A DNA stretch of 64,000 nt from Octopus sinensis. Its lineage: Eukaryota. Within the stretch, counting starts at the first letter, position 1. Every line of letters begins with the position of its first letter. Where the stretch lies: NCBI RefSeq assembly GCF_006345805.1, contig NC_043018.1, forward strand, positions 7,254,001-7,318,000, written 5' to 3'. The notes under the pieces are model-generated. The model was not told the DNA's origin, ran no database searches, and was given only the letters and a program-made list of their open reading frames with translations. This document shows, piece after piece, positions 51,360 to 64,000 of this stretch. Position numbers and translations under genes: made by a program.

Positions 51360-52618
51360 AATCTGTAATTGTTGTTATGGACAGGAAGTTAGAACAAAGA
51401 ACCAGTGTGGAATTTTGCATTAAATTTGAGAAGTCTACCACGGAGACATTGAGTATAATTGTCAATATGGAAGAGCCCTTCATCCCCACAATCAAAAAAG
51501 GCACAACAAAGCCGCAACTCATTCAAGAGCATGCTCAACGTTTTTTGCGCCGTCCATGGTATTGTGCATCAAGAATTCATCCCCCAAGGCCAGACCATCA
51601 ATTGAGAGTTCTACTGGGAAATTACCACCTTTATCATCTCTTGTGAAAGGTAGAAGAGTCCAGTTTGCTGGACATTGTTGTAGAGCTGAAAACGAGGTAA
51701 TTTCTACTCTTCTCTGGAAGCCATCTGCTCGCGATACCCGAGGGTGCACACTCTCCTACCCTGATGTAATCTCCAAGGATACAATTCTACTATATGGCTC
51801 AGAACCCTGGACGTTATCAAAGAAGCTGGAGAGGCGGTTTGATGGAACTTACACTCGCCTCCCTTATGAGAGCTCAAAATCTCTCATGGAAGCGTCATCC
51901 AACCAAAGTACAAATATATGGGAAACTACCACCTGTATCATCTCTTGTGAAAGGTAGAAGAGTCCAGTTTGCTGGACATTGTTGTAGAGCTGAAAACGAG
52001 GTAATTTCTACTCTTCTCCTCTGGAAGCTATACCCTGATGTAATCTCCAGGGATACAGGCATCCACCAACAAGACCTCCGAAATGCTATGATGGACCGTG
52101 AAGTCTGGCGTAACATAGTAAATTCAATTGTCTCGACCACGGTTGAACAATGGTGATGATGATGACTGTGATGTTTTGAAGCATTTGAGGTGAGGACAGT
52201 CAGGAAAAGCGACCAAATCTGTGGAGCACAAAGAATTGGTTTCTTCTCAACACCAATGCACTCTGTCACCGAACTCCCTTCACTTATGAGTTTCTCACCA
52301 AAAACATGGTCTCACTTCTGTACCCACCCTATTCACCAGATTTAGCACCGGAAGACTTCCATCTTTTTCCCAAGATGGAACTGCAGCTCAAAGGTCACCA
52401 TTTTAACACTGTTGTTGAGATGCAAGTGAATCGCAGAAGGCCCTCGACTCACTTACAGAAAATGACTTCCAGGACGGATTCCAAAAGTGGCCAGAATTTT
52501 GGGACCAGTGTATTGTACCACAAGGGGACGATTTCAAAGAAAATAATGGTAAAACTAGGGTAAATAAGTTATTTTTTATTAAACATAACTAGTCTGCAAA
52601 CATTTTGATACCACCTTG
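51360..52618 (+). mobile_element. mariner remnant interrupted by RTE fragments
   Basis: MDRKLEQRTSVEFCIKFEKSTTET, HQEFIPQGQTIN, PPYSPDLAPEDFHLFPKM..QLKG; 3' TIR ACTAGTCTGCAAACATTTTGATACCACCTTG-TA. Confidence 0.92.
51616..52164 (+). mobile_element. RTE-like LINE 3' end, partially duplicated, with (GAT)n tail
   Basis: ILLYGSEPWTLSKKLERRFDGTYTR, RRVQFAGHCCR, AMMDREVWR motifs. Confidence 0.88.
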
Positions 52619-52939
52619 TATAGCTGTAGAAGTCTTTGTTCATGTGTTTGTGTTGTAGTGGCATTGTGGTGGCATTGTGGTGGCCATTGACCTGTCTTGT
52701 AGTAGTGGTCACTGTATGTCAGTGAAGCAGTAGTGTTGGTGTTGGTGTTGTAGTAGTCTTGTAGCATGTTAGCATTGTAGTAGTGCTGTAGTGTTTTGTT
52801 CATGTGTGTAGGTGTTGCTGTTGTTGTGGTAGTGTTATACAGCATTGTTGATGTAAATGTCGTTACAGTTTGGATTGCAGTTGTAGTGGTGTCATGGTAT
52901 GTTGTTGCCATGACTACATATTTTGATTGTATTTTGAAA

Positions 52940-53955
52940 TCATAGTGTTGTTGTTGTTGTTTTTATTGTTTGTATTGTATATATTGGGACTGCTGCAGTG
53001 TTGTGGTGGTGGTGGTGGTGGTAACCGTCGTCGTCATCATGATTATGATAATGGTGGTGCTGCTGATGGTGGTTGTGATAGTGGATTTGGTGATGGTGGT
53101 GGTATTAGAAGTGTTGATGTTGATGGTGGTCGTGGTGGTGGTGGTGGTGGTGGTGGTGGTAGCAGAAGTATTTGTGATAGTGGTGGTGACAATGGTGGTG
53201 GTGGTCGTCGTTGTTGCCATCATCGTCGTCATCATCATTGTCATCGTGATTATGATAGTAGTGGTGGTGCTGATGGTGGTTGTGATAGTGGCTGTGGTGA
53301 TGATTGTGTTGGTGGTAGTGTTAGCAGAAGTGTTGATGGTGGTGGTGGTGGTGGGAGAAGTGTTTGTGATAGTGGTGGTGACTGTGGTTGTTGTGGTGGT
53401 GATGGTGGTGGTGTTAGTGGTTGTTGCTGGTGTACTTTAGAATGTAGTCAATCAGAAATTCTGTAACCTTAAAATGTACTTCTTTTCAACAACTTCTGTA
53501 CTCTTTGCTGTACTCCTAATCTTGGTATGAAAGGGGTTTTCACAGCGTTTATTAAGAGTAATAACAAAGGACATGATGATGATGATGGTGGTAGTGGTTG
53601 AGGTGGTGGGGGGGTGGCAGTCGTTACTAATGGTGGTGGTGGTGGTGGTGGTGGTTGGTGTTGCATATGTTGTAGTGATACCATGCAAGATGTACTGGTA
53701 GTGGTACTAATAGTGTTGGCTACATGATGGTGGTGACGATGGGGTTGAGAAGCAGTAGTAGAAGAAAACGTAGTAGTAGTAATAGTAGTAGTAGCAGCAG
53801 AAGCAGTAGTTTAGTTGTAGATGTATCAGTATATGGAGTGTAGAGGCAACAAGTGCTATGTGTAGTGATGGTTATGGTGGTGGTGGTGGTGGTGGTGGTG
53901 GTGATGGTACAAGTAGTAGGGATGTGACATGAGATATGGTAGTGGTTGCAGTAGT

Positions 53956-54037
<82 letters not shown>

Positions 54038-54225
54038 TAAATATCATTATCATCATCAATAGTAGTGGTGGTGATAGTGGTAGTAGTAGTAGTAGTAGTA
54101 TCATCATCCCCATCATCAGTAGCAGCAGTGGTGGTGGTAGTGGTACTAGCAGTGGCAGCAGTAGTAGTAGTAGTAGTAGTAGTAGTGGCAGCAGCAGCAA
54201 CAATAGCAGCAAATGCAGCAGCAGC
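52940..54225. repeat. Degenerate (GGT)/(AGT)/(AGC) triplet arrays
   Basis: Directly visible; includes a ~200-bp higher-order duplication (53025-53200 vs 53220-53400). Confidence 0.9.
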
Positions 54226-54379
54226 AATTCTAAGGAAATGCCATCTACATCCCTCAATTAATCCCTTTTGGAAAAAAAAAAGGATTTTTTCCCCTCTCCT
54301 TTTTCACTTCCCTCCTTCTTTCCCCCCATCCAGCCCTGCCACACCACCGCCACTTCCCTGCAGCTTCACTTCGACAGTA

Positions 54380-54481
54380 GTATCCATGGTTACGCAAGCG
54401 ATGCACCGTTATTCTCCTCCTCTTGCGGTAGCCATGGTTACGAGAGCGATGCACCATTGCTAGAGAAGTAACCACGGTTAC
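54380..54481. promoter_or_regulatory. Cluster of three RFX X-box-like palindromes
   Basis: GTATCCATGGTTAC (54380), GTAGCCATGGTTAC (54428), GTAACCACGGTTAC (54468); each departs slightly from the GTTGCCATGGCAAC-type consensus. Confidence 0.5.
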
Positions 54482-54483
54482 TG

Positions 54484-54742
54484 GAGGAGAGAGAAGAAGA
54501 AGAGAAGAAGAAGAAGAAGAAGAAAAGAAGGGGGAGGAGGAGGAGAAGAAGAAGAAGAAGGGGAAGAGGAGGAGGAGGAGGAGGAGAAGAAGAAGAAGAA
54601 GAAAAAGAAGAAGGGGAGGAGGAAGAAGAAGAAGAAGAAGAAGAAGAAGAAGAAGAAGAAGAAGAAGAAGAAGAAGAAGAAGCAGGGGAGGTACGGAGGA
54701 GAAGAAGAAGAAGAAGAGGAAGAAGAAGAAGAAAGAGGAGAA
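54484..54742. repeat. (GAA)/(GGA) polypurine tract
   Basis: About 260 bp almost free of pyrimidines on the plus strand. Confidence 0.95.
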
Positions 54743-54811
54743 TGAGGCTGCATCCAGTGACATTTAGCACATGGATAAGTCTATTGTGGAATCATAGAAA
54801 ATGTTAAAGCT

Positions 54812-56160
54812 ACAATAACAGCAATAATAATAATAATAATAATGATAATAATAATAATAATAATGATAATAATAATAATAATAATAATAATGATAATAAT
54901 GATAGCAAATACAATATAATAGCAATGGCCGTAATAACAAGAATTACAGAAGCTAACACAACAACAACAACAACAACTACGGAAGCAATAGCAACAACAA
55001 CAACTACAGCAGCTTCAGCCACAATAGCAACAGCAATAAAAATTACAACAGCAACAACAACAATAATAAAAATAATTACGACGGCGACAACAACGATAAT
55101 GACAAATATGGCAATCATAACAACAACAATAGTGGTCACAATAACAGCTGTGATTATAACAGCTACAACAACAAAACCAGCAACAACAACAACAACTATA
55201 ACGGTAGACTCTACAACAACAACTGTGTTAGCAACGATGACAATAATAATAGCATTAGCAACAAAGAACTGCAAGAACAACAACAACATCAACAATGACA
55301 AATAACAACAACAACAGCAGCAGCAGCAGTGTGGAACAATAACAACTACAAGAAAACTAGCTGCAGCAACAACCAGAACAACAATAATAATGACAATAAT
55401 TGTTGTTGTTGTTGTATTACTGTATTGAAAGATTACATCACAACATGTCAGTGCTGGGGTCCAACTACACCGCCACCACCACTGCCGCCATGCATGCATG
55501 CATACAACACTACAAATACTACCACCACCACTGCCATTGCGAAGGTGGCAGTGATGGCCAGGACAAAAACAACCACCACTGCCATTACTACCACCACCAC
55601 CATCACCAACGCCACCACCATAACAACCACTATCACAGCCATCACCATTGTGAATAGTCACAACCACCACCACCATCACCACCACAACCACCATCACCAT
55701 TGACATTAACAACCACCACCACCATCACCACAACCACTACAACCATTATCACCACCACCATCACCACAACCACCACCACCATCAGCACCACTACCACCAC
55801 AACCACCACAACCACCACAACCACCACCACCACAACCACCATCACCACCACCACCACCATGTATGCATGTAAACAACACTACAAATACTACCGCCATCAC
55901 TGCCATCACAGAGATGGCAGTGATGGCAAGGACAAAATCAACCACCACCACCACTGCCATCACTACCACCACCACCATCATCAATGCCACCACCATAACA
56001 ACCACTCTCACAACCATCACCACTGTGAGCAGTCACTACAACCACCACCACTGACATTAACAACAGCATCAACACCAACATCAACACCACTAACACTACC
56101 TCCACCACTACCACCACCATCACCACCACCATCTCAAAACCACCACTACAGCCATCACAA
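54812..56160. repeat. (AAT)/(AAC)/(ACC) arrays with a ~370-bp tandem duplication
   Basis: 55490-55715 repeated at 55858-56062 (ACAACACTACAAATACTACC, TGGCAGTGATGGC.AGGACAAAA, TGACATTAACAAC). Confidence 0.9.
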
Positions 56161-56431
56161 TAAATATTACCCTTCTAAATGCATTGTAAACGATTGCTTT
56201 GTATTTTAGCCCCGGGTCAATCCTGATTTAGTAGAAATATCATAAGAAGTATTCCATCAATGACCATCCTGCCTTTTTTTTCTTTTTTGTTTAAGAAGTG
56301 TTTCTCAGCCCACATGCATTGTTATCTATTATATAATATGTCCTTGTTGTTCTCAAGACAATGAGGTGTAACATAAGGGAAATTTAGCTGTTATTTCTAG
56401 TAGGGTGAATGACCACATAGAAGATTCATTC

Positions 56432-56651
56432 AGGCACAGGCATAGCCATCTGGTTAAGGAGCTTGTTTGGCAAACCACACGTTTTCAGGTTCAGTCCCAC
56501 CGTGCAACACCTTGGGAAAACATCTACTATTGCACTGGGCCAATCAGTGCCTTGTGTGTGAAGTTGGGTGATGGAAACTGTGTGGAAACCCATCATATAT
56601 GTGTGTGTGTATATATATATATATATATGCGTGTGTGTGTATAATATATAA

Positions 56652-56692
<41 letters not shown>

Positions 56693-56894
56693 TGTGTATA
56701 TAAATATATATATATATATAAGTGGGTGTGTGGTAAGTAGCTTGCTTACCACCCACATAATAACAGGTTCAGTCCTAGTGTGTGGTACCTTGAGCAAGTG
56801 TCTTCAACTATGGTTATGGCTGACCAAAGCCTTGTGAGTGGATTTGGTAGACGGAAACTGAAACAAGCCTGTCATATATATATATATATATACA

Positions 56895-56953
<59 letters not shown>

Positions 56954-57378
56954 GTATGCGTGTGTATATGTTTGTGTGTCTGTGTTTGTACCCCCATCAT
57001 CACTTGACAGCCGATGTTGGTGTGTTTATGTCCCTGTAACTTAGCGGCCCAGTGAAAGGGAACAATAGAATAAGTACTAAGCTTACAAACAGTAAGTCTT
57101 GGGGATGATTTGCTCGACTAAAGGCAGTGTTCCAGCATGGCCGCAGTCAAATGACTGAGACAAGTAAAAGAATAAAAGAATATATATGTATAGATGTGTA
57201 TCTATGTATATATATGTATAGATGTGTGTGTGTGTATATATATATATATAATATATATATTTGTGTAGGTGTGTATGTAAATATAGATATATACGTATAT
57301 ATATATATATATACACACATATATATATACACGCGCACACAGACATATATATATATATATATACACATGCACACAGAC

Positions 57379-57450
<72 letters not shown>

Positions 57451-57466
57451 GACATATATATATGTA

Positions 57467-57497
<31 letters not shown>

Positions 57498-58310
57498 GTA
57501 TGTGTATATACATATATATACACTCACACATACATATATATGTGTATATACATATATACATACACACATATATATGCACACACACATATATATGCACACA
57601 CACATATATGCACATACATGTGTATATATATATATATGTACATATGTATACACACACATATATATACATACACACACCTGCATCTATATATATACACATA
57701 TAGGCACAGGAATGACTGTGTGGTAATGCTTCCCAATCTCATGATTCCGAGTTCAGTCCCACTGCATGGCACCTTGGGCAAGTGTCTTCAACTATAGCCT
57801 TGGGCTAACCAAAGCCTTGTGAGTGGATTTGGCAGATGGAAACTGAAAGAAACCCGTCGTGTGTGTGTGTGTTTGTCCCCCTACCATTGCTTCAGAACAA
57901 ATGTTAATGTGTTTACATTCCTGTAACTTAGCGGTTCAGCAAAAGAGACTGATATAATAAGTACCAGGCTTACAAGAAATAAGTCCTGGGGTCGATTTGT
58001 TCAACTAAAGGCGGTGCTTCAGCATGGCCACAGTCAAATGACTGAAACAAGTAAAAGAATGAATAAAAGAATATATGTATATATATATATATATGTGTGT
58101 GTGTCTTTGTGTCTTTGTTTGTGACCCCATCACCATTTGACAGCCGGTGCTGCTGTGCTTACATCCCTCTAACTTAGTGATTCAGCAAAATATGTACTAA
58201 CTTATAAGTCCTTTGGTCGATTTGTTCAACCTGAAGCACTTCAAGGCGGTGCTCCAGCATGGCCACAGTCAAATGACTGAAACAAGTGAAAGAATTAAGT
58301 ATAAAAGAAT
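56432..58310 (+). mobile_element. Nested family A SINEs with (TA)/(CA) microsatellite
   Basis: Heads at 56432, 56722 and 57702; tails at ~57180, 58070 and 58300. Confidence 0.88.
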
Positions 58311-58344
58311 ATATATTTATAAATATAAACATATATATATATCA

Positions 58345-58612
58345 TTTTTTTTTTCATTTTATCTAGTTTCAGCTCACGAGCTGTGGCCATGCTGGGGCAC
58401 CACCATTCGGTGTTGCTACATGATTTTACTTCACGAATGCTTTTTAGCAATTGACATTTGGTGCATGAGAGAGTTTGATGCAGCTGCCCTCATCTGCACT
58501 TCCTGCCGTGAAGTTGGTTCATCTGGGACACCTGACAGGAAGAGGTCCAGCTTTATTTTAAAGATATCTGCATCCAACCCATGCAGGTCTCTCAGGTCCT
58601 TCGAGAGGGGAG
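58345..58612 (-). mobile_element. CR1/L2-group LINE 3' end
   Basis: LSKDLRDLHGLDADIFKIKLDLFLSGVPDEP...RAAASNSL followed by a 3' tail similar to SINE family A. Confidence 0.8.
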
Positions 58613-58854
58613 TCCTTGTATACGTTTTTATTATTATTTTGCAATTTACTTAATCATAGGTATATTATTATTTTATTTTTAATATTTCTATTATATGTAA
58701 TTTTCTAGATGGTGTAATTTAATTGTTCATTTTGAATTGATGAAAGGTGTTTTTTTCTAATTTTTATATATATATTATATTTTGTGAAATTTGATTTAGT
58801 ATTTCTAAATTGAATTTTTCCCTGTAAGTTAGGAATAATATTCCCTCAAATAAT

Positions 58855-58903
<49 letters not shown>

Positions 58904-59384
58904 TGTGTGTGTGTGTGTGTGTATTTCTTTTTGTATTCGTCTCCATCTTCTTGACAACAGGTGATGGTTTGTTTATGTCCCCTTAATCTAGCAGTTAGGC
59001 AAAAGAGACCGACAGAATAAGTACCAGCTTTCAAAAAAAAAAAACGTATTGGGGATGATTTGCTCGATTGAAAAATAAAAACTACTTGAAGATGGTGCCC
59101 CAGTATGGCCGCAGTGCAATGACAAAAGCAAGTAAATGATAGATAAATGGTAACTATAATGTGGCAATGTGACTGTTAAATGAGGAGGAGAGGTCGAGTG
59201 GTTTGGGGGTATTGGGCCATCAGGCTTAATGAAGGGTGGTGGAGGTGGTACCAGTGATCACAACGTGGTGGACTCAACAAGATTCAGCTTAACTCCTCCT
59301 GGGTGAATGCCATAAAAAGACAATGGCGCAAAGTGGACAGCAGGAAAAAATCTGCAGAAGAAGAACTCCCATCAAGCAAATATT

Positions 59385-59744
59385 TTGGCCATATCCAGCC
59401 CAAATATTCTACCTGTTTTATTTTAAGATTGACCAGATCCAACCTCTCACACCTACCCTGCAATGTCATTCTAAAAATATACAAATTGGTGTTAGGAAGG
59501 GCATCCAGTCGTACAAACCATGCCAAATCAGACTGGAGTCTGGTGCAGCCCCCTCAGCTCACCAGCCCTGGTCAGACTGTCCATCCCATGCCAGCATGGA
59601 CAATGGATGTTAACTGATGATGAGGAGGAGGATGGTGATGACTTTTGAAATCTTGAAGCTACAAGATAAGACATGGTTAATTCAAAACAATGTGAAGAAA
59701 AAAGAATTACATTTCACTGAATAATCTGAATGCTAAAGGGTTAA
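59385..59744. mobile_element. Partial TTAA-ended MITE with nested family D piece
   Basis: Ends AATCTGAATGCTAAAGGG-TTAA (piggyBac-type terminus); the other end was not found. Confidence 0.5.
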
Positions 59745-60349
59745 GGGACTCGGGGCCCACATAGATCATGACTCCAAGGTGTCCTGCTGTTTTTGAAATA
59801 CTGCCTTTAGTGGAGATTGAACTCACAACCTTAGCCATGAAGATCACAGAAAGAACTTGTTCTGTGGAACAATTTAAATCAAGGTTTCTCTATTGCATCT
59901 CACCTATGCTTTTGTGCAGTGCTTGAAAAATTGCACCATCAGGCCATTGTGCTGTAAAAATCAATGTGGTAGCCTCTTTATGGTTCCTTGATCTTCCAGA
60001 AATAACAGCCAAATCACCCTCAAATTAGTCTCTAAAGAAAAGTCTTCAATAAAAGCAATATGCACTGAATAATGGAGTTAATGGAGTCCTACAGACAATA
60101 TGTCTGAATAAAAGATGAGATGGTCATAGATGGAAGGCCTTTTGACTATAGGTCTGCTTGATCAGAACTGACCTGGCATTGAATGACATACATCATGGAA
60201 CACCACTACAATGTACAACACTCAAAACTATGCTACATTCAACATTTTTTACACCCAAGAGCATCATGTATCTCTGTAAGACCACCATTTGACCTTGTAT
60301 TGAATATTTCTGGCATCTTTGGACTGGTGCCTCCTCTGAGTGTTTCAAC

Positions 60350-60945
60350 TTCATCATCATCATCATCATCATCATCGTTTAACGTCCGCTTTCCATGCTA
60401 GCATGGGTTGGACAATTTGACTGATGACTGGCAAACCAGATGGCTGCACCAGGCTCCAATCTTGATTTGGCAGAGTTTCTACAGCTGGATACCCTTCCTA
60501 ACACCAACCACGCCAACCACTGAATAAGCAAACGAATAAAGGAATATATACATACATACATATATATATATAAAAGACTTTCTCACTTCTCGAGTGTTAA
60601 ACTAATACATCTGTTTATTGTTTACACACTGGTATTCATCTTCTGTTTTTTTGTGAATTCTCACTATATATATATATATACATACATCATCATCATCATC
60701 GTTTAATGTCCGCTTTCCATGCTAGCATGGGTTGGACGATTTGACTGATGACTGGTGAACCAGATGGCTGCACCAGTCTCCAATCTTGATTTGGCAGAGT
60801 TTCTACAGCCGGATGTCCTTCCTAACACCAACCACTCCGAGAGTGTAGTGGGTGCTTTTACATGCCACTGGCACAAAAGCCAGTCAGGCAGTACCGGCAA
60901 CAGCCACGCCCAAATGGTGTTTTTTTTTACGTGCCACCTGCACAA
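60350..60945 (-). mobile_element. Two near-identical family D copies
   Basis: 60350-60520 and 60685-60945 share TTTGACTGATGACTGG and CAATCTTGATTTGGCAGAG. Confidence 0.88.
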
Positions 60946-60989
60946 ATCAAATTCTGAACCAAGTTGTGAAAATGGTGCTCTCATTACTA

Positions 60990-61530
60990 CTGAGTTGATG
61001 TCTTTTACTTGTCATGGAAGTGTATCTTCATTGTGTCTTTTCTGTAAATATTCCATAGTCATTGCTCTGATGAGCTTTCTGATCTCATACCCGTTAAATG
61101 TGATATCAGCTTCTCTTCCCAGACACATCATTTCTCTTTTGAGCTTCTTGTTAGTTATGAGTTTTTTTTATTCTAATAGCTTTGCTCTTCGAGCTGCTGC
61201 CCTTTGGAACTCCTTACCATTAGTTTGTTTTCAAATTCAGAAGTGAGTTGTCAACATAGTGGATTCTCTTCTTTCTACAAGGTTGGGGTTTTTGGATCAT
61301 CATTGCAATCTATCTTCATTATGTCTTTTCTCTAAGTATTTCTATGATCATGGCACTGATAAACTTTCTGGTTTAGTATCTTCAGTTAAGACATTTAAAC
61401 TTGTCACCCACTTCTCTTTTCAGTTATGTCATATCTCTGTGTCTGTTAGTCACAAATCCTTTTATTCTATAGATAGCTTCTTCCCTTGAACTGCAGCTCT
61501 CTAGAACTCCCTAACACCATCTCATTTTTG
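60990..61530 (+). mobile_element. Two old tandem LINE RT 3' remnants
   Basis: SSLCLF.KY and YSNSF..RAAALWNSLP / SFFP*TAAL*NSL motifs. Confidence 0.6.
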
Positions 61531-61814
61531 AATTGGTCAGCCCAAGACTATTATAGAAGATACTTCCCCAAGGTGCCACACAGTGGAACTGAACCTTGAA
61601 CCACGAGGTTGGAAAGCAAGCTTCTTACCACACAGCCACACCTGCACCTAATTATATACATATATATGTATATATACAACAGGCTGCTTTCAGTTTCTGT
61701 CGACCAAATCCACTCAAAAGGCTTTGGTCAACCTGAAGCAACAGTAGAAGACACCTACCCAATGTACCATACAGTGGGACTGAACCCTAAACCATGTGGC
61801 TAGGAAGCAAGCTT

Positions 61815-62425
61815 CTTATTTCTTTATTGCCCACAAGGGGCTAAACATAGAGGGGACAAACAAGGACAGACAAAGGGATTAAGTTGATTATATCGACCCC
61901 AGTGCGTAACTGGTACTTAGTTTATCGACCCCGAAAGGATGAAAGGCAAAGTCGACCTCAGCGGAATTTGAACTCAGAACGTAGCGGCAGACGAAATACG
62001 GCTACGCATTTCGCCCGGCGTGCTAACGTTTCTGCTAGCTCACCGCCTAAATGACAATAATGATAATCCTTTCTACTATAGGCACAACGCCAGTAATTTT
62101 AGGGGATTACAGTGACCCCAATACTCAGCTGGTATCGACCCCGAAGTCGACCTCAGGGAAATTTGAACTCAGAAATACCTCGTTTCATGCTCTGTGCAAA
62201 CGATTCTGCCTGGTCTCTGCCTTAATCATAATAATAATAATAATAACGGTTTCAACATATGGCACAAAGCCCGATTGTATTGATCCCACTAGTCAACTGG
62301 TACTTGTCTTATCAACCCCGAAAGGATAAAAGTTTGGTGGAATTGGAACTCAGAACGTAACGGCAGACGAAATACGGCTAAGCATTTCGCCTGGCGTGCT
62401 AACGGTTCTGCCAGCTCACTGCCTT
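61815..62425 (-). mobile_element. Cluster of family B SINEs
   Basis: Young copy 61815-62048 plus deleted copies; inserted into a minus-strand family A head. Confidence 0.9.
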
Positions 62426-63137
62426 CTTACCACACAGCGACACCTGCGCCAATTACATTGTACCACACAATGCTCCAATGCTCAATCCTACTCTACAACA
62501 CTATAGTGCATCATACATTTGACACTGCAGCACTAATACTGACATTAAAAATTCATTATCCGGGGTTCCGTTCTGTGTCAATGTGGAAAGCCAGAGGGCA
62601 ATATATTAGAAGAAACAAGCAAAAAACGATGTCAGTACAAAGTTTACATTTTAAAGGGAAACGCAAAGTTATTGATCTCCTGTTACCTGACTCCTTAGCG
62701 AACAAACGTTTATTTTTTTTTTGCTTGAGGAAAGCCACCCCTTGAGGTGCAAATCATTGATTAACTTCAGCTTTTTCCTACTCCCTCTTTTCCGATACGC
62801 AGTGATGAATAGCTACACATGCATATTCACCCCAACCCCTCTTCCATCCATTTACTTCACACATGTATGATGCCCTGTTTACACTATGCCCCCCCCCCTC
62901 CACCACCAACATGTTTTTTTTTCACAACATACATCCTTACTCACATGAATCAATCCCTGCACAGTTTTTATTGTGTCAACATCACATTTGCTTACGCATA
63001 TATATTACTATGTTGCTATCACATTCACTCACACATACATGCTAGTATTCCAATGCCACACAAAATTACGCATACATGCTAATATGCAAAACATTACACA
63101 TGCTATTGTATCAATATTGAGCTGTCTACACATAGAA

Positions 63138-63635
63138 AGGTGCATGGCTCAGTGATTAGAGCATGAGGCTCACAATCATAAGGTTGTGAGTTCGATTCCT
63201 GGACCGGGTTCTGTGTTGTGTTCTTGAGCAAGCCACTTTATTTCATGCTGCTTCAGTTCACTCAGCTGTAGAAATGAGTTGTGATGTCACTGGTGCCAAG
63301 CTGTATTGGCCCCTTTGCCTTTCCCTTGGGTAACATCAGTGGTGTGGAGATGCCGGTATGTGTGGGCAACTGCTGGGCTTTCACAAACAACCTTACCCAG
63401 ACTTGTGCCTCGGAGAGGAACATTTTAGGTGCAATCCCATGGTCCTTTATGACCGAAGGGGGTCTTTACCCTTTACCCTAAGTACATATAATGGTGTGGA
63501 GAGGGGAAGCTGGTATGCATGGGAGACTGCTGGTCTTCCATAAACAACTTTGCCCAGACTTGTGCCTCAGAGAGGAACTTTCTAGATGCAGTCCCATGAT
63601 TATTCATGACTGAAAGGGGTCTTTACCCTTTACTC
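63138..63635 (+). mobile_element. SINE family E with duplicated 3' half
   Basis: A-box TGGCTCAGTGA, B-box GTTCGATTCC, CORE-like TTCTTGAGCAAG; 3' part ending GGGTCTTTACCCTTTAC occurs twice. Confidence 0.88.
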
Positions 63636-63848
63636 ACCTGTTATATTTATTACACATATGTACTATTTTCAAGCATATATCTAAGGCATACATCTATATT
63701 CCTATGTGTGCATTGAGAAATTTTTCCACTCTTTCATATTCTTGTGGCGCAACTTCTCCCATGCAACTCATATGTTCAATGACCATTGAAGAGGTTGCAA
63801 GAAGCAATGAAAATTTTAGAAAGAATGAATAAGTATATGAGTGTGTAT

Positions 63849-64000
63849 AGGTGTAGAAGTGGCTGTGTGGTAAGTAGCTTGCTTACCATCCACATGGTTC
63901 CGGGTTCAGTCTCACTGTGTGGCACCTTGGGCAAGTGTCTTCTACTATAGCATCTAGCCAACCAAAGCTTTGTGAGTAGATTTGGTAGATGGAAACTGAA
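63849..64000 (+). mobile_element. SINE family A, cut by the window end
   Basis: Family A head. Confidence 0.9.

Noticed and set aside
52927-55712. Gly-rich, Ser-rich and mucin-like ORFs
   Set aside because: Triplet arrays open on both strands with no unique domain or splice support.

Overview
AT-rich, repeat-saturated eukaryotic DNA, most likely intronic or intergenic. The repeat repertoire resembles an Octopus genome; this is my recognition from memory, not a database result. I find no supportable intact host gene: nearly all ORFs in the track translate microsatellites or SINEs, and the protein-like ones are decayed transposon remnants. Present are at least five SINE families, CR1/L2-like, RTE and Dong/R4-like LINE ends, Penelope-like elements (PLEs) with the CxCx5Cx5C motif I associate with the Naiad group, mariner and DD37D transposons, piggyBac and hAT remnants, Helitron-type elements and very long microsatellites. 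The most interesting signals are: (i) several minimal hammerhead ribozymes in PLE terminal repeats, including a back-to-back pair in a near-perfect 328-bp palindrome and an inverted repeat copy ending at a predicted cleavage site; (ii) a unique 150-bp island with three RFX X-box-like palindromes; (iii) a LINE and a SINE sharing a 3' tail hairpin with compensatory changes; (iv) an LTR-like piece followed by a 36-nt antisense copy of a mature tRNA-Glu 3' end; (v) local inversions, a ~950-bp inverted duplication and a templated insertion. Most belong to known classes. I cannot claim a wholly new biological system from sequence alone.
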